Of a DNA stretch of 64,000 nt, positions 1 to 10,219 are shown piece by piece. Each line of letters opens with the position of its first letter. Within the stretch, counting starts at the first letter, position 1. The position numbers were made by a program, and so were the translations under genes. Source of the DNA: Candidatus Pacearchaeota archaeon (lineage in GTDB: Archaea; Nanobdellota; Nanobdellia; Pacearchaeales; GW2011-AR1). The DNA lies in NCBI GenBank assembly GCA_050303855.1, contig JBNLCO010000006.1:1820-65819 (forward strand), read 5' to 3'. The notes beneath the pieces are model-generated. The model worked only from the letters and a program-made list of their open reading frames with translations, did not search any database and was not told where the DNA came from.

Positions 1-1495
1 CAATTTTACTATTCTTAGAATTATTCTTAGGTTTATTAGTTTTTTCCTCTTTCTTAACTTCAATTTTATTAAACAAAACAGTTCCTTTCTTTATTTTTAC
101 CTTATCGCTTAAAGGTTTGTTCAATTCTTTTAAATCAATCTTAAATCCAAATTGCCTTGCAATCTTCTCTGAAGTTTCTGGGATAAAAGGCCAAAGTAAT
201 ATTGCAATTGCTTTTATTGAATCCGCCAATTCATACAAAACCTTTCCATCTTTAGTTTCCCAAGGTTTTTTATTTTGAGTATACTCATTACAAATATCTA
301 CAAAGGCAAAAATCTCATTAAGAACTTTATCAAATTCACATCCAACAAACAATTTTTCAATTTCTTTTAATTTTAATTTGTCAGAAAGTTTATTTGAAGT
401 TTTTTCAAATCCATTCTTTTCAATTAAACCAGAAACTCTAGAAACTAAATTGCCTAATTTATTTGCCAATTCATTATTATGTCTATCAATCAAAACTTGT
501 TCTGAGAAATCACCATCATCTCCAAAAGCAGTATTTCTAAGCAAGAAGTATCTTGCAGAATCAACACCTGCAATACCTATAAGTTCGTCTACATTTATTA
601 CCTTTCCCCGAGACTTTGAAATCTTTTCGTTATCAAAAGTCCACCATCCATGTGCAAAAACTTTCTTAGGCAATTCAATTCCTGCACTAAGCAACATAGC
701 AGGCCAATAAACAGTGTGGAACCAAATAATATCTTTACCAATCAAATGAACATCTGCCGGCCAGAATTTTTCTTTTCCTTTCAATCTAGTAGCAGAATAA
801 TAATTCAAAAGAGCATCAAACCAAACATATGCTATGTGTTTCTTATCAAAAGGCAATTTTATACCCCAGTCAAAACTAGTCCTAGAAATACTCAAATCTT
901 TCAATCCTTCTTCAACTCTATTTATTATCTCCTTTGAACGGTTTTTAGGAGAAATAAATTCTGGATTCTTCTTATACAAATCTAAAAGCTTCTTCTGATA
1001 CTTACTCAATTTAAAGAAATAAGTTTCCTCTTTCAAAACCTCAACGGGTTTTTTATGTATCGGACAACTTCCATCTTCAAGATCTTTTTCTGTATAATAC
1101 GCCTCACATCCAGTACAATAAAACCCTTCATAATCTCCCAAGTAAATATCTCCTTTGTCATAAACTTTCTGGAGAACTTCTTGAACCACTTTTTCATGCG
1201 CTTTATCAGTAGTTCTTATAAAATAATCATAATCAATATTTAATTTCTTCCAAGCATCCTTAAATTTAGGAATTAACTTATCAATAAACTCTTTAGGTTT
1301 TTGACCTTTTTCTTTAGCAATACTCTCAATTTTCTTACCATGATCATCAGTTCCAGTTAAAAAGAAAACATCTTTTCCCAATAACCTATTCCATCTCGCA
1401 AGGACATCTGCCGCTATAGTTGTATATGCATGGCCTATATGGGGGATGTCATTTGGATAGTATATAGGGGTTGTAACGTAAAATCTATTTGTCAT
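1..1495 (-). CDS. metG: Methionine--tRNA ligase, bacterial-like (3' end runs off window)
   Basis: Not in ORF track (no stop in window). Manual translation from ATG 1495: MTNRFYVTTPIYYPNDIPHIGHAY (HIGH) ... FLTGTDDHG ... FAHGWW...KISKS. Confidence 0.95.
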   Translation of the reverse strand, partial: MTNRFYVTTPIYYPNDIPHIGHAYTTIAADVLARWNRLLGKDVFFLTGTDDHGKKIESIAKEKGQKPKEFIDKLIPKFKDAWKKLNIDYDYFIRTTDKAHEKVVQEVLQKVYDKGDIYLGDYEGFYCTGCEAYYTEKDLEDGSCPIHKKPVEVLKEETYFFKLSKYQKKLLDLYKKNPEFISPKNRSKEIINRVEEGLKDLSISRTSFDWGIKLPFDKKHIAYVWFDALLNYYSATRLKGKEKFWPADVHLIGKDIIWFHTVYWPAMLLSAGIELPKKVFAHGWWTFDNEKISKSRGKVINVDELIGIAGVDSARYFLLRNTAFGDDGDFSEQVLIDRHNNELANKLGNLVSRVSGLIEKNGFEKTSNKLSDKLKLKEIEKLFVGCEFDKVLNEIFAFVDICNEYTQNKKPWETKDGKVLYELADSIKAIAILLWPFIPETSEKIARQFGFKIDLKELNKPLSDKVKIKKGTVLFNKIEVKKEEKTNKPKNNSKNSKI

Positions 1496-1540
1496 AAAAA
1501 AATCAAAAGACAAAAGTATAAAAAACTAACTAAAAGGATT

Positions 1541-2017
1541 TTAATAGGCACTATGGCCTATCAAAATACTTCTCAAACCACTCTTTTCCTTCATGGTATC
1601 AGATATGTCTACTAGTGTTGGATAGAGTTCCCTAGCGTGAGTATCTGAAAGGCCAATATCTCTCATAACAGATATATACTCTTCATCACTAATTGAATCA
1701 TCTGATCTAATACCATAGTTCAAATACATCTCTCTAGACGCCCTATTAACAGAAATAAGTCTCTGCAAATGCCTTCCTTGGTTAGGGTATTTCGAACTAA
1801 ATTCATCTATAGCAGATCTCAATTCTCTAGACTTACCTTGATTTTCATAAACAACGTCCACAATTGAAGATCCAAAATCCTTACTTTTATCAAAACCACG
1901 CTCTATGTTAGACGCAAGATTCTTTGATTTTCTGTATGCACGTTTATGTAAAGCGCTTAGAGGCACATTAAGATCATTTAGTGCTACCAATTTCCTTACC
2001 TTATTTTCGTATTCCAT
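1541..2017 (-). CDS. Hypothetical protein
   Basis: ORF track 1541..2032; ATG 2017 follows a GGAGG SD, so it is the likelier start. Confidence 0.6.
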   Translation of the reverse strand: MEYENKVRKLVALNDLNVPLSALHKRAYRKSKNLASNIERGFDKSKDFGSSIVDVVYENQGKSRELRSAIDEFSSKYPNQGRHLQRLISVNRASREMYLNYGIRSDDSISDEEYISVMRDIGLSDTHARELYPTLVDISDTMKEKSGLRSILIGHSAY

Positions 2018-2077
2018 TTTTTGTCCTCCCACAATTTAGTTATATCTAAGATAAAATATTTGTTAATTAATTTATGA

Positions 2078-2093
2078 GGTGATACAATTCACC
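2078..2093. promoter_or_regulatory. Palindrome GGTGA-N6-TCACC, candidate operator
   Basis: Lies between divergent genes, just upstream of the TrmB-family gene TATA box. Confidence 0.3.
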
Positions 2094-2136
2094 ACATATT
2101 AGAAGATTTTAAAAGCTAGATTTTCCAACAAACAAT

Positions 2137-2856
2137 ATGGAATCAAAGAGTCTAAAGGATCTTGGGCTAACCCAAAATGAATCTTCAATATATAAAGCAC
2201 TATTGGAAATTGGCCCAAGTTTAGCAGGACAAATTTCAAGAAAAACAGGATTACACAGGAGAACAGTTTACGACACAACAGAAATGCTAATCCAAAAAGG
2301 CCTAATAGGATATATAATCAAAAACAATAGAAGACATTTCCAAGCATCATCCCCAGAGAAATTTTTAGATATAATAAAAGAAAAAGAGAATCTTGTAAAT
2401 GAAATACTTCCAGAAATGATGTTGATGTATAAAAACACAAATGAAAAACAAGAAACAAATTTCTACAAAGGAAGGTCTGGAATAAGAACAATATTTGAAG
2501 ACCAACTAAAAGAAAATCCAAAGGAAATACTTATTCTTGGAGGATCTCATCTAGCACATGATATAATGAGTTTCTACTTAAAATGGTATAATATGGAAAG
2601 AACAAAGAAAAAAATAAAGATGAAGATCATATTTAATGAAAAACCAAGTAAAAGAAAAATACCTCATTCGGAAGTAAGATTTCTTCCAGAAAAATATTCT
2701 TCTCCAATGGCAATAAACATTTACGGAGATAAAATTGCAATAATTTTATGGTCTAAAGAAAATCCTATTGGCATATTGATAAAAAATAAAGAAATATCCG
2801 GAGGTTATAAAAAATATTTTGAACTTATGTGGAAAGTAGCAAAAAATGAAAAATAA
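2137..2856 (+). CDS. TrmB-family transcriptional regulator
   Basis: LGLTQNESSIYKALL...ISRKTGLHRRTVYD wHTH plus C-terminal effector domain. Confidence 0.85.
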   Translation: MESKSLKDLGLTQNESSIYKALLEIGPSLAGQISRKTGLHRRTVYDTTEMLIQKGLIGYIIKNNRRHFQASSPEKFLDIIKEKENLVNEILPEMMLMYKNTNEKQETNFYKGRSGIRTIFEDQLKENPKEILILGGSHLAHDIMSFYLKWYNMERTKKKIKMKIIFNEKPSKRKIPHSEVRFLPEKYSSPMAINIYGDKIAIILWSKENPIGILIKNKEISGGYKKYFELMWKVAKNEK

Positions 2857-4258
2857 AAAACTAACAAAAAAAGAGGCAGAATTAATCGAAAAGAAAAGAA
2901 TGAAAACGATAAAACAAAAGGCCAGAAACCTCAGTATAAAAGAAGGAATATTTGCATCCGCGAATAATTCATTCGGTGTACAATACCTCTCTCCATTTGC
3001 CATTGCAATAAATTCAAGTAATTCGCTTGTTGCAATAATGAGTTCGATTACAGGATTATTGGGCCCGTTATCCCAAATATTTGGATCTAAACTTATAGAA
3101 AAGAAAACAAGAAAAAAGGTGGTAACAAAAGGAGTTCTACTTGAGTCTATAACCTGGTTATCTTTCATAATAATAAGCATCTTATTCATAAAGGATGTAC
3201 TAAAGGAAATACTCCCTGCAATGTTCATACTATTTTTCTCTGTATATACCATATTTTTTGGATTAATTGTTCCAGGATGGTTTTCCTGGACAGGAGATAT
3301 TGTAAGTGATAAATACAGAGGCAGATGGTTTGCAAAAAGAAACCTTCTAGTAGGATTTACTCTACTAGTTCTAACAATAGGCGCATCTTATTTCTTAGAG
3401 TATATGAAAGAAAATGAAATGGCAATGATCGGTTTCATAACACTATTTTCCCTAGCATTCATCACAAGAATTATCTGTTATAGCATATTTAAAAAAGAAT
3501 ACGAGCCCAAATTAAAAATAAAGCCAGGAAAGCATTTTTCATTTATTGAATTCATTATGAAAGCTCCAAAAACCAATTTTGGAAAGTTCTCAATATTTAG
3601 GTTATTCTTTTCGTTTACAGTTACAATTGCAAACTCACTATTAGCGGTTTATCTCTTAAGGACACTAAATATGAGTTATTCAAACTATATATTAATTCTG
3701 TTATCTGCAACATTCTTCTCGTTACTAGTAACAGAAATTTGGGGGAAAATTGCAGACAAATACGGAAATTATAAAGTCCTTGCAATAACAATGATATTAA
3801 TTCCAATAATTCCAATACTATGGATCCTAGACACTTCATTAATATATCTTATACTCGTCCCTGGACTCGTAAGGGGAATAGGTTGGGCAGGATTTAACCT
3901 TTCCTCAGGAAATTTCATATATGACAATGTATCTCAAGAAAAAAGAGGTGTTGCAGTATCATATTTCAATATGATGATGGGAATTGGAATCTTCCTTGGA
4001 GGAATAGTTGGGGCATTCCTTATAACATTCATAGATCCAACAATAGTATCTCCAATAAAGATAATATTCCTAATAAGTGCTATATCCAGCATAATGGTGG
4101 TTGCACTATTTATAGACAGAATAAAAGAAGTAAAAAACAAAAAGAAAGAAAAAGATCCAAAAGCATTTAGAAAATTCCTAATAAAAAAAATACGTCCAAC
4201 TCTTTCAGAAGAAGTACACCAAATAATGGAAATGAAGAGATATGTATGGAAAAAATAA
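2846..4258 (+). CDS. MFS transporter
   Basis: About 12 hydrophobic segments; WGKIADKYG MFS motif. Confidence 0.85.
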   Translation: MKNKKLTKKEAELIEKKRMKTIKQKARNLSIKEGIFASANNSFGVQYLSPFAIAINSSNSLVAIMSSITGLLGPLSQIFGSKLIEKKTRKKVVTKGVLLESITWLSFIIISILFIKDVLKEILPAMFILFFSVYTIFFGLIVPGWFSWTGDIVSDKYRGRWFAKRNLLVGFTLLVLTIGASYFLEYMKENEMAMIGFITLFSLAFITRIICYSIFKKEYEPKLKIKPGKHFSFIEFIMKAPKTNFGKFSIFRLFFSFTVTIANSLLAVYLLRTLNMSYSNYILILLSATFFSLLVTEIWGKIADKYGNYKVLAITMILIPIIPILWILDTSLIYLILVPGLVRGIGWAGFNLSSGNFIYDNVSQEKRGVAVSYFNMMMGIGIFLGGIVGAFLITFIDPTIVSPIKIIFLISAISSIMVVALFIDRIKEVKNKKKEKDPKAFRKFLIKKIRPTLSEEVHQIMEMKRYVWKK

Positions 4259-4296
4259 ACAAAAACATATATAAAAACTCTCATCCTGAGAAAGAA

Positions 4297-4959
4297 ATGT
4301 TCAACAAAAAAACTTGTTCTAAATGTGGAAGGAAAACGGGAAAAGATCACAATTTCTGCCATTCATGTGGAAGCATGCTAAATTCCAAAGAAAATAAGCA
4401 AGAATGGGGAATGATTGGAAAGAATGATCTAGAAGGAAGGCCTCCTCAAAATATACCTGGACTATTTGGAGGAATAAGTGGAAAGATCATTGATAAAATG
4501 ATAAATAGTACAATGAAAATGCTTGAAAAAGAAATGCAAAATAACACAAGAAATATGAACCCAAATCCAAACATAAATTCCAATTTTGAACTATATATAA
4601 ACGGAAAAAGAGTAAGTCCCGATAAAATAAAAGTGACAAATCATATGTCAAAAGAAATACCTGAAATACAGACCTCTCAAAACAAATTCTTCTCAACAGA
4701 AAAAACAAAGACTTTTGCAAATCTGCCAAAAGACGAACCAAAAACAAATCTTCGAAGACTTTCAGATAAAATAATTTATGAAATAGAACTACCGGGAGTA
4801 AAAAGTGTAGAAGATATCTCAATAGTAAAGCTTGAAAATAGCATAGAAATAAAGGCATTATCAAAAGAAAGGGCATATTCAAAAACAGTTCCTTTTGATT
4901 TAAAAATCTCAAAATACAATCTTTCTAAAGAAAAGCTTATTTTGGAGCTTTCAGAGTAA
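4297..4959 (+). CDS. Zinc-ribbon plus Hsp20/alpha-crystallin domain protein
   Basis: CSKC...CHSC N-terminus; C-terminal IELPGVKS..DI...IEIKA; start moved to ATG 4297 downstream of a TATA box. Confidence 0.7.
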   Translation: MFNKKTCSKCGRKTGKDHNFCHSCGSMLNSKENKQEWGMIGKNDLEGRPPQNIPGLFGGISGKIIDKMINSTMKMLEKEMQNNTRNMNPNPNINSNFELYINGKRVSPDKIKVTNHMSKEIPEIQTSQNKFFSTEKTKTFANLPKDEPKTNLRRLSDKIIYEIELPGVKSVEDISIVKLENSIEIKALSKERAYSKTVPFDLKISKYNLSKEKLILELSE

Positions 4960-5000
4960 TTCATAAATTTTATAAACAAATTAAATCTGGTTTTTACAAT

Positions 5001-5075
5001 GAGGCTATAGCTCAGTCTGGTCAGAGCATCGTCCTGATACGGCGGGGGTCCAAGGTTCAAATCCTTGTAGCCTCA
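5001..5075 (+). tRNA. tRNA-Ile(GAT), no intron
   Basis: GAGGCTA/TAGCCTC acceptor, loop CTGATAC, T-arm CAAGG-TTCAAAT-CCTTG. Confidence 0.95.
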
Positions 5076-5124
5076 TTTTCTTTCAAGAAGAAAGACTTTT
5101 AAGTATAAAGCACCTTTAGAAGAC

Positions 5125-5430
5125 ATGTCAAAAAAAGCCAAGGTGATTTGGGGCATAATAATGATTATCGTTGGAATTATTCTAATCGTTCTAGGTTTCA
5201 CAAAAATTTCAGGAGTCGTCTCGAACCTTGGAAGTGAAAGTATTGGAGGAGCTGGAATCGGAATGGCATTAATATTGATAGGTTTCGTACTTGCAGCAGC
5301 AGGAGGAATAATAATTTACTTTGCAAATATGAAGAAATTGGTTGAATATTCAACAAACATGACTACAAATCAATCCGAGAAAATGGGTGAAGCAAGGGGA
5401 AGAGGAATGGCCAAAAGAATGAAAAAGTAA
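5125..5430 (+). CDS. Small membrane protein (2 TM)
   Basis: Two hydrophobic helices; upstream TATA. Confidence 0.6.
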   Translation: MSKKAKVIWGIIMIIVGIILIVLGFTKISGVVSNLGSESIGGAGIGMALILIGFVLAAAGGIIIYFANMKKLVEYSTNMTTNQSEKMGEARGRGMAKRMKK

Positions 5431-5477
5431 ATTATCCAAATCTAAAGCTTTTTAAATCAATTTTTTCTACATAATCC

Positions 5478-6050
5478 ATGACAAAAGGTATGTACCACTT
5501 TATAAAACAGGCATGGAAAAAACCAGATACAAAAACTCTAAGAGAGAGAATGGTAGAATGGCGTGCATCAGAAGCTCAAGTCAAAGTTGATAAACCGCTT
5601 AGACTAGATAGAGCAAGAACGCTTGGATATAAAGACAAAAAAGGTTTCTCAATAATAAGAATAAGGGTTAAGAGAGGGGGACATAAAAGAGAAAGGCCCA
5701 ACAAAGGTAGAAGGGGTAAAAGACTACATACCAGAAAGAATCTGAAGATGTCCTACAAATGGATCGCAGAACAAAGAGTTCAAAACAAACACAAGAATCT
5801 TGAGGTATTAAATTCATATTTAATTGGAAAAGATGGTATCTATTATTTCTACGAAGTAATATGTATTGATCCTCAGAGACCAGAAATCAAAAACAACAAA
5901 GATACTTCTTGGGTAAAAAGAACTGCCAACAAAAAGAGAGTTCTTAGAGGCCTTACAAGCGCAGCAAAGAAGTCTAGAGGATTAAGAGATAAATCCCCTA
6001 CAAACAAAGCTAGACCAAGTGTAAGGACTGGAAAATCAAGAGGAAAGTAA
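5478..6050 (+). CDS. rpl15e: 50S ribosomal protein eL15
   Basis: RLDRARTLGYK, LEVLNSY..GKDG.Y.FYEVI..DP, RGLTSA. Confidence 0.97.
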   Translation: MTKGMYHFIKQAWKKPDTKTLRERMVEWRASEAQVKVDKPLRLDRARTLGYKDKKGFSIIRIRVKRGGHKRERPNKGRRGKRLHTRKNLKMSYKWIAEQRVQNKHKNLEVLNSYLIGKDGIYYFYEVICIDPQRPEIKNNKDTSWVKRTANKKRVLRGLTSAAKKSRGLRDKSPTNKARPSVRTGKSRGK

Positions 6051-6087
6051 TCCAAAATTATATAAATAATTATGAATTAGCCCCTTT

Positions 6088-6372
6088 ATGCTATCAAAAT
6101 TTCCAATAGATTTAGACAAAGTTTCTCCAGAAAATATTGATAAAGAAATTCTCAGACTAGGATTAATTGCGGAATTAGATGCAATAAACCTTTACGAGCA
6201 ATTATCTGAGAAAGCCCAAAATCCAGACGTAAAGAAAATAATTCTTGCAGTTGCAAAAGAAGAAAAAGAACATGTGGGGGAATTTCAAGCACTACTTCTG
6301 AAATATGACCCTGAACAAGTAAAAGAACTAGAAGAAGGAAAAAAAGAAGTTGAAGAAATAACTAAAAAATAA
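6088..6372 (+). CDS. Ferritin-like/rubrerythrin-family small protein
   Basis: AELDAINLYEQ and EEKEHVGEF carboxylate/His motifs. Confidence 0.8.
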   Translation: MLSKFPIDLDKVSPENIDKEILRLGLIAELDAINLYEQLSEKAQNPDVKKIILAVAKEEKEHVGEFQALLLKYDPEQVKELEEGKKEVEEITKK

Positions 6373-6373
6373 A

Positions 6374-6631
6374 ATGTCTATTCCTATATGTCAAAGTTGT
6401 GGTATGCCTTTAAACAAAGAAGAAAACCGTGGAACAAATTCCGATAATTCTAAATCAGAAGAATATTGCAAATTCTGTTTTCAAGAGGGGAAATTTACTG
6501 ATCCCGAAAGAACAATGGAAGAACAAATTAATTCAGGTATAGAAATGTCCAAGAAACTCTGGATACCTGAAGAAAAGGCAAGAGAGATTGCTTATAATAC
6601 AATACCCAAATTAAAGAGATGGTCAAAATGA
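6374..6631 (+). CDS. Zinc-ribbon domain protein
   Basis: CQSCGMPL...YCKFCF...G.FT, C-terminal LKRW. Confidence 0.8.
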   Translation: MSIPICQSCGMPLNKEENRGTNSDNSKSEEYCKFCFQEGKFTDPERTMEEQINSGIEMSKKLWIPEEKAREIAYNTIPKLKRWSK

Positions 6632-6822
6632 AACTCAAACCAAGATATGATGCAATAATTCAAAAACTAAATGAACAAGACAAAGTTAGTTATGCGAAGA
6701 TTGAAAATACAGAATACTACAAATGAGCAAAGAAAATAAAGGATAACGAGAAATCTAATTTAAAAAGCAAAGGAATAGTAAGAAGAGTTTTAGTTGAAGA
6801 ATTTCCAAATAAATTTTATTAA
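6628..6822 (+). pseudogene. Small ORF with internal TGA (6724-6726)
   Basis: ATGA overlap with upstream gene; 32 codons, TGA, then 31 more open codons in frame. Confidence 0.25.
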
Positions 6823-6863
6823 AGAACCAAAAATCTTATATATGAAAACCTATTCATAAAAAC

Positions 6864-7481
6864 ATGGCACACGAATTTTCAGACTTACCTTATGCATATG
6901 ATTCTTTAGAACCCTATATAGACAAAGAAACTATGCAAATACACCACGATAAGCATCATAAAGCTTACTTCGATAAATTCTTAATAGCAATAAAAGACTA
7001 CCCCGAATTACAAGATAAACCTGTTAAAGATATTTTGGCAGATTTAGACAATATATCAGAACAAATAAAGCAAGCAGTAATAAACAACGGAGGAGGATAT
7101 TACAACCACGATTTCTTCTGGTCAATACTAAAGAAAGAAATTCCTTTCAAAGCAGATTCAGAAATAGGTCAAGCAATTGTAGAAAAATTTGGAGGATTCG
7201 AAGGGTTCAAAGAAGAATTTACAAAAGCGGCTACAACTCAATTTGGAAGTGGATGGGCTTGGTTAGTTATGGATAAACATTCAAAACAAATTGAAATAAT
7301 AAAAACCTCAAACCAAGATTGTCCTCTAAGCATAGATAAAACACCATTATTAGGAATTGATGTATGGGAACATAGTTATTATCTAAAGTACAAAAATGAC
7401 AGGAAATCTTATGTAGATGCATTTTGGAACGTCGTAAATTGGAATGAGATCGAAGAATTATACAAAAAAGCAAAAGAATAA
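6864..7481 (+). CDS. sodA: Superoxide dismutase (Mn/Fe)
   Basis: LPYAYDSLEP, HHDKHH, NNGGG..NH..FW, FGSGWAWL, DVWEHSYY. Confidence 0.95.
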   Translation: MAHEFSDLPYAYDSLEPYIDKETMQIHHDKHHKAYFDKFLIAIKDYPELQDKPVKDILADLDNISEQIKQAVINNGGGYYNHDFFWSILKKEIPFKADSEIGQAIVEKFGGFEGFKEEFTKAATTQFGSGWAWLVMDKHSKQIEIIKTSNQDCPLSIDKTPLLGIDVWEHSYYLKYKNDRKSYVDAFWNVVNWNEIEELYKKAKE

Positions 7482-7515
7482 GAAATTCTAAAAACCCCTA
7501 AACATTAATAATTCC

Positions 7516-7830
7516 ATGAAAGCCAAAAAATTCTCATTACCTGCAAAAATCGTCTCAATTTTATACATAATTCTAATCACAATGTTTGCCTTTGAAGTAC
7601 CCCTATTAAGTGCGGCATTCATAATTCATCTTATCCCAACAGTAATATTTACAGCAATACTAATTGCCGCTTGGATAAAACCCCAAATAGGTGGAATAGC
7701 ATTCATAATCGCAGGAATATTAACAATAATATTCTTCCATACTTACAGAGAGATAATAACCCTATTCTCAATATCCTTGATCCCAATAGTCGTAGGGATA
7801 TTATTCATATTATCGGATAAAAAGCATTAA
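7516..7830 (+). CDS. Small membrane protein (4 TM)
   Basis: Very hydrophobic 104-aa ORF. Confidence 0.6.
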   Translation: MKAKKFSLPAKIVSILYIILITMFAFEVPLLSAAFIIHLIPTVIFTAILIAAWIKPQIGGIAFIIAGILTIIFFHTYREIITLFSISLIPIVVGILFILSDKKH

Positions 7831-7860
7831 TCTTTTATTCTCAATTTTACTTCCTAAAAA

Positions 7861-7986
7861 GGCAATAGTGCTGAATACCTGAGTTATTCTAGGTCTTAGC
7901 AAAACTCGTGAAATCCCATCCTAGACAATGGATCAGCAAGCAGCACTCCAGGAAATAAAGGTGTCATAATACCTGGCTCGATTGCC
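7861..7986. ncRNA. Candidate structured RNA (three-way junction; possibly a divergent 5S rRNA)
   Basis: Nested stems GGCAAT/ATTGCC, AGTGCTG/CAGCACT, TCTAGG/CCTAGA, CCAGG/CCTGG; higher GC than flanks; 126 nt. Confidence 0.45.
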
Positions 7987-8034
7987 AATAAGATTAAAAA
8001 CTATTTTCTCATTGAAATATAAAAGAGAAGAAAA

Positions 8035-9753
8035 ATGTTATACAAAAAACTAGCAGATTTGTATGAAGAACTGAATTCTACAACAAAACGTCTTGAAAAA
8101 ATAGAAATATTATCTAAATTCCTTAAAGAATTATCATTAGAAGATAAAGAATTAATGTATTTATTAGAAGGAGACATTTATCCCGAATATGATGAAAGAA
8201 GAATTGGGATATCAAACCAACTTGCAATAAAGGCAATTTCAAAGTCAACAGGAACAGATGCAAAAAAGGTAATGCAAGAATGGAAGAAAATAGGAGACAT
8301 AGGAAAAGTTGCAGAAAAACTAGCAAGCTCAAAAAAACAATCAACTTTAACCACTAGTTCAAAACTAACAGTAGAAAAAGTTTTAGAAAATCTAAGGAAA
8401 CTCCCTGAGCTTGAAGGGAAAGGAACGATAAACAAGAAATTATCCCTTATAACAGAATTACTTTCTTCTGCAAGTCCAATAGAATCATTATACCTTACAA
8501 GAACACTAATAGGAGATTTAAGAATAGGTACAAAAGAATCAACAATCCGGGAATCTCTAGCAAAAGCGTTTTTCTTAAAAGATCAAAAAGAGGCTGCACG
8601 GCAAATACAAGAAGCAATAGATAAATCCAATGATCTGGCTCTAGTATTTGAAGCATCCAAAAAAAAGGATTTCAAAGACCTAGACAAAATCTCTCTTCAA
8701 ATAGGAAAACCGATAAAAGCTATGCTTGCACAAAAAGCCAAATCTGTTGAAGGCGGTTTCAAATCAGTTGGAAAACCTTGTGCAATAGAGTACAAATATG
8801 ACGGGTTTAGATTAATAATTCACAAAGACAAAAAAAATGTAATTCTATTCACACGTAGACTAGAAAACGTAACAAAGCAGTTCCCAGAAGTTAAAGAATT
8901 TATATTAAAATATGTTAAAGCAGATTCAATAATTCTTGATTCAGAAGCAGTAGGATACAACAAAAAAACAAAAGTATATACTCCATTCCAAGCAATCTCT
9001 CAAAGAATTAGAAGAAAATATGATATAGAAAAAATGCAAAAAGAACTACCAGTAGAAGTAAACATATTTGATGTTTTGTACTACAATGGAAAGTCAATGT
9101 TAAATGAACCATTCAAAAAACGTTCCGAATTAATAAGAAAAATAATATCTCCTAACAAATACAAAATTGTTTATTCAAAACAGATAATAACTTCTGATGA
9201 AAACAAAGCAAAAGAATTCTATAAAAAAGCTCTAAAAGATAATCAAGAGGGTGTTATGTTCAAAAACCTAGAGGCAAGATATCAGCCAGGATCAAGAGTT
9301 GGACATATGTTAAAATTAAAACCTTCAGAAAGAGACTTGGATTTAGTAATAACCGGAGCAGAATACGGAACTGGAAAAAGATCTGGTTGGCTAAGTAGCT
9401 TCATCTTATCCTGTCGTGGAAAAAAACCTTCAGAATATCTAGAAATAGGAAAGGTAGGAACAGGGATAAAAGAAAAAGCTGAACAAGGAGAAGTAAACTT
9501 TGATAAGTTAAATGAATTATTGAAACCACTAATAATTTCTGAAAAAGGCAAAACTGCATCAATAAAGCCAAGAGTCATTGTATCAGTTACCTACCAAGAA
9601 ATCCAACACTCTCCGAACTACAATTCAGGATGGGCACTAAGATTCCCAAGAATAACTGCTCTAAGAAATGATAAGCCTTTGTCCGAAATTGCAGATCTAA
9701 AGGAAATAGAAAAAGACTTCCAAAATCAGAAAAGAAATTGGCAGTACGGATAA
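8035..9753 (+). CDS. lig: ATP-dependent DNA ligase
   Basis: EYKYDGFR adenylation motif, EGVMFK, LRFPR. Confidence 0.96.
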   Translation: MLYKKLADLYEELNSTTKRLEKIEILSKFLKELSLEDKELMYLLEGDIYPEYDERRIGISNQLAIKAISKSTGTDAKKVMQEWKKIGDIGKVAEKLASSKKQSTLTTSSKLTVEKVLENLRKLPELEGKGTINKKLSLITELLSSASPIESLYLTRTLIGDLRIGTKESTIRESLAKAFFLKDQKEAARQIQEAIDKSNDLALVFEASKKKDFKDLDKISLQIGKPIKAMLAQKAKSVEGGFKSVGKPCAIEYKYDGFRLIIHKDKKNVILFTRRLENVTKQFPEVKEFILKYVKADSIILDSEAVGYNKKTKVYTPFQAISQRIRRKYDIEKMQKELPVEVNIFDVLYYNGKSMLNEPFKKRSELIRKIISPNKYKIVYSKQIITSDENKAKEFYKKALKDNQEGVMFKNLEARYQPGSRVGHMLKLKPSERDLDLVITGAEYGTGKRSGWLSSFILSCRGKKPSEYLEIGKVGTGIKEKAEQGEVNFDKLNELLKPLIISEKGKTASIKPRVIVSVTYQEIQHSPNYNSGWALRFPRITALRNDKPLSEIADLKEIEKDFQNQKRNWQYG

Positions 9754-9783
9754 ATTTTTAAAATAGATTAGTTCGCTTTCTTA

Positions 9784-10155
9784 ATGAAAGACTTAGAAAT
9801 AAAGTTAACAAAAGGCAAAGGTAGAGGGGTCTTCACAAAAACAGGATTTGATTTAAACGAAACAATAGAAGTCTGCCCACTCATAATCTTACCTGAAGAA
9901 CAAAAAGAAGAGTTAGACAAAACCGAATTATACAATTACTATTTTGAACTTGAAGAAGGATCAGTTGCAATAGCATTAGGATATGGATCATTATACAATC
10001 ATTCGAATAGGAAACCTAATGCAAAATATATTTTAGATAAAGAAAACCAAAATTTGATAATAAAAAGTATAAGACGGGCAAAACCCGGAGAAGAAGTAAC
10101 AATTAATTACAACGGAAAACCAAAAGATAGCTCAAAAGTGTGGTTTGAATCGTAA
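9784..10155 (+). CDS. SET-domain protein-lysine methyltransferase
   Basis: GKGRGVF, SLYNHS..PNA, GEEVTINY. Confidence 0.9.
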   Translation: MKDLEIKLTKGKGRGVFTKTGFDLNETIEVCPLIILPEEQKEELDKTELYNYYFELEEGSVAIALGYGSLYNHSNRKPNAKYILDKENQNLIIKSIRRAKPGEEVTINYNGKPKDSSKVWFES

Positions 10156-10219
10156 TAAAGTTCCGACGAACACCTTAAAAAGCTTTATAAAGGAAAAATT
10201 TCTCTATTTATAAAGGAAA

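Noticed and set aside
378..1615. Plus-strand ORFs 378..710, 650..937, 1055..1243, 1430..1615
   Set aside because: Antisense shadows of metG and its neighbour; the same applies to most short ORFs opposite long genes throughout the track.
4776..5060. ORFs overlapping tRNAs (4776..5060, 50117..50302, 55011..55196)
   Set aside because: Translations of tRNA sequence without protein motifs, unlike the LAGLIDADG overlaps.
6724..6726. Stop-codon reassignment or selenocysteine
   Set aside because: Conserved genes are uninterrupted under the standard code, several end in TGA, and no SECIS-like context is evident.
7861..7986. SRP RNA or RNase P RNA
   Set aside because: No CAGG-stem-GNRA-stem-AGCAG helix 8 and no GAGGAAAGUCC-type P4 motif on either strand.
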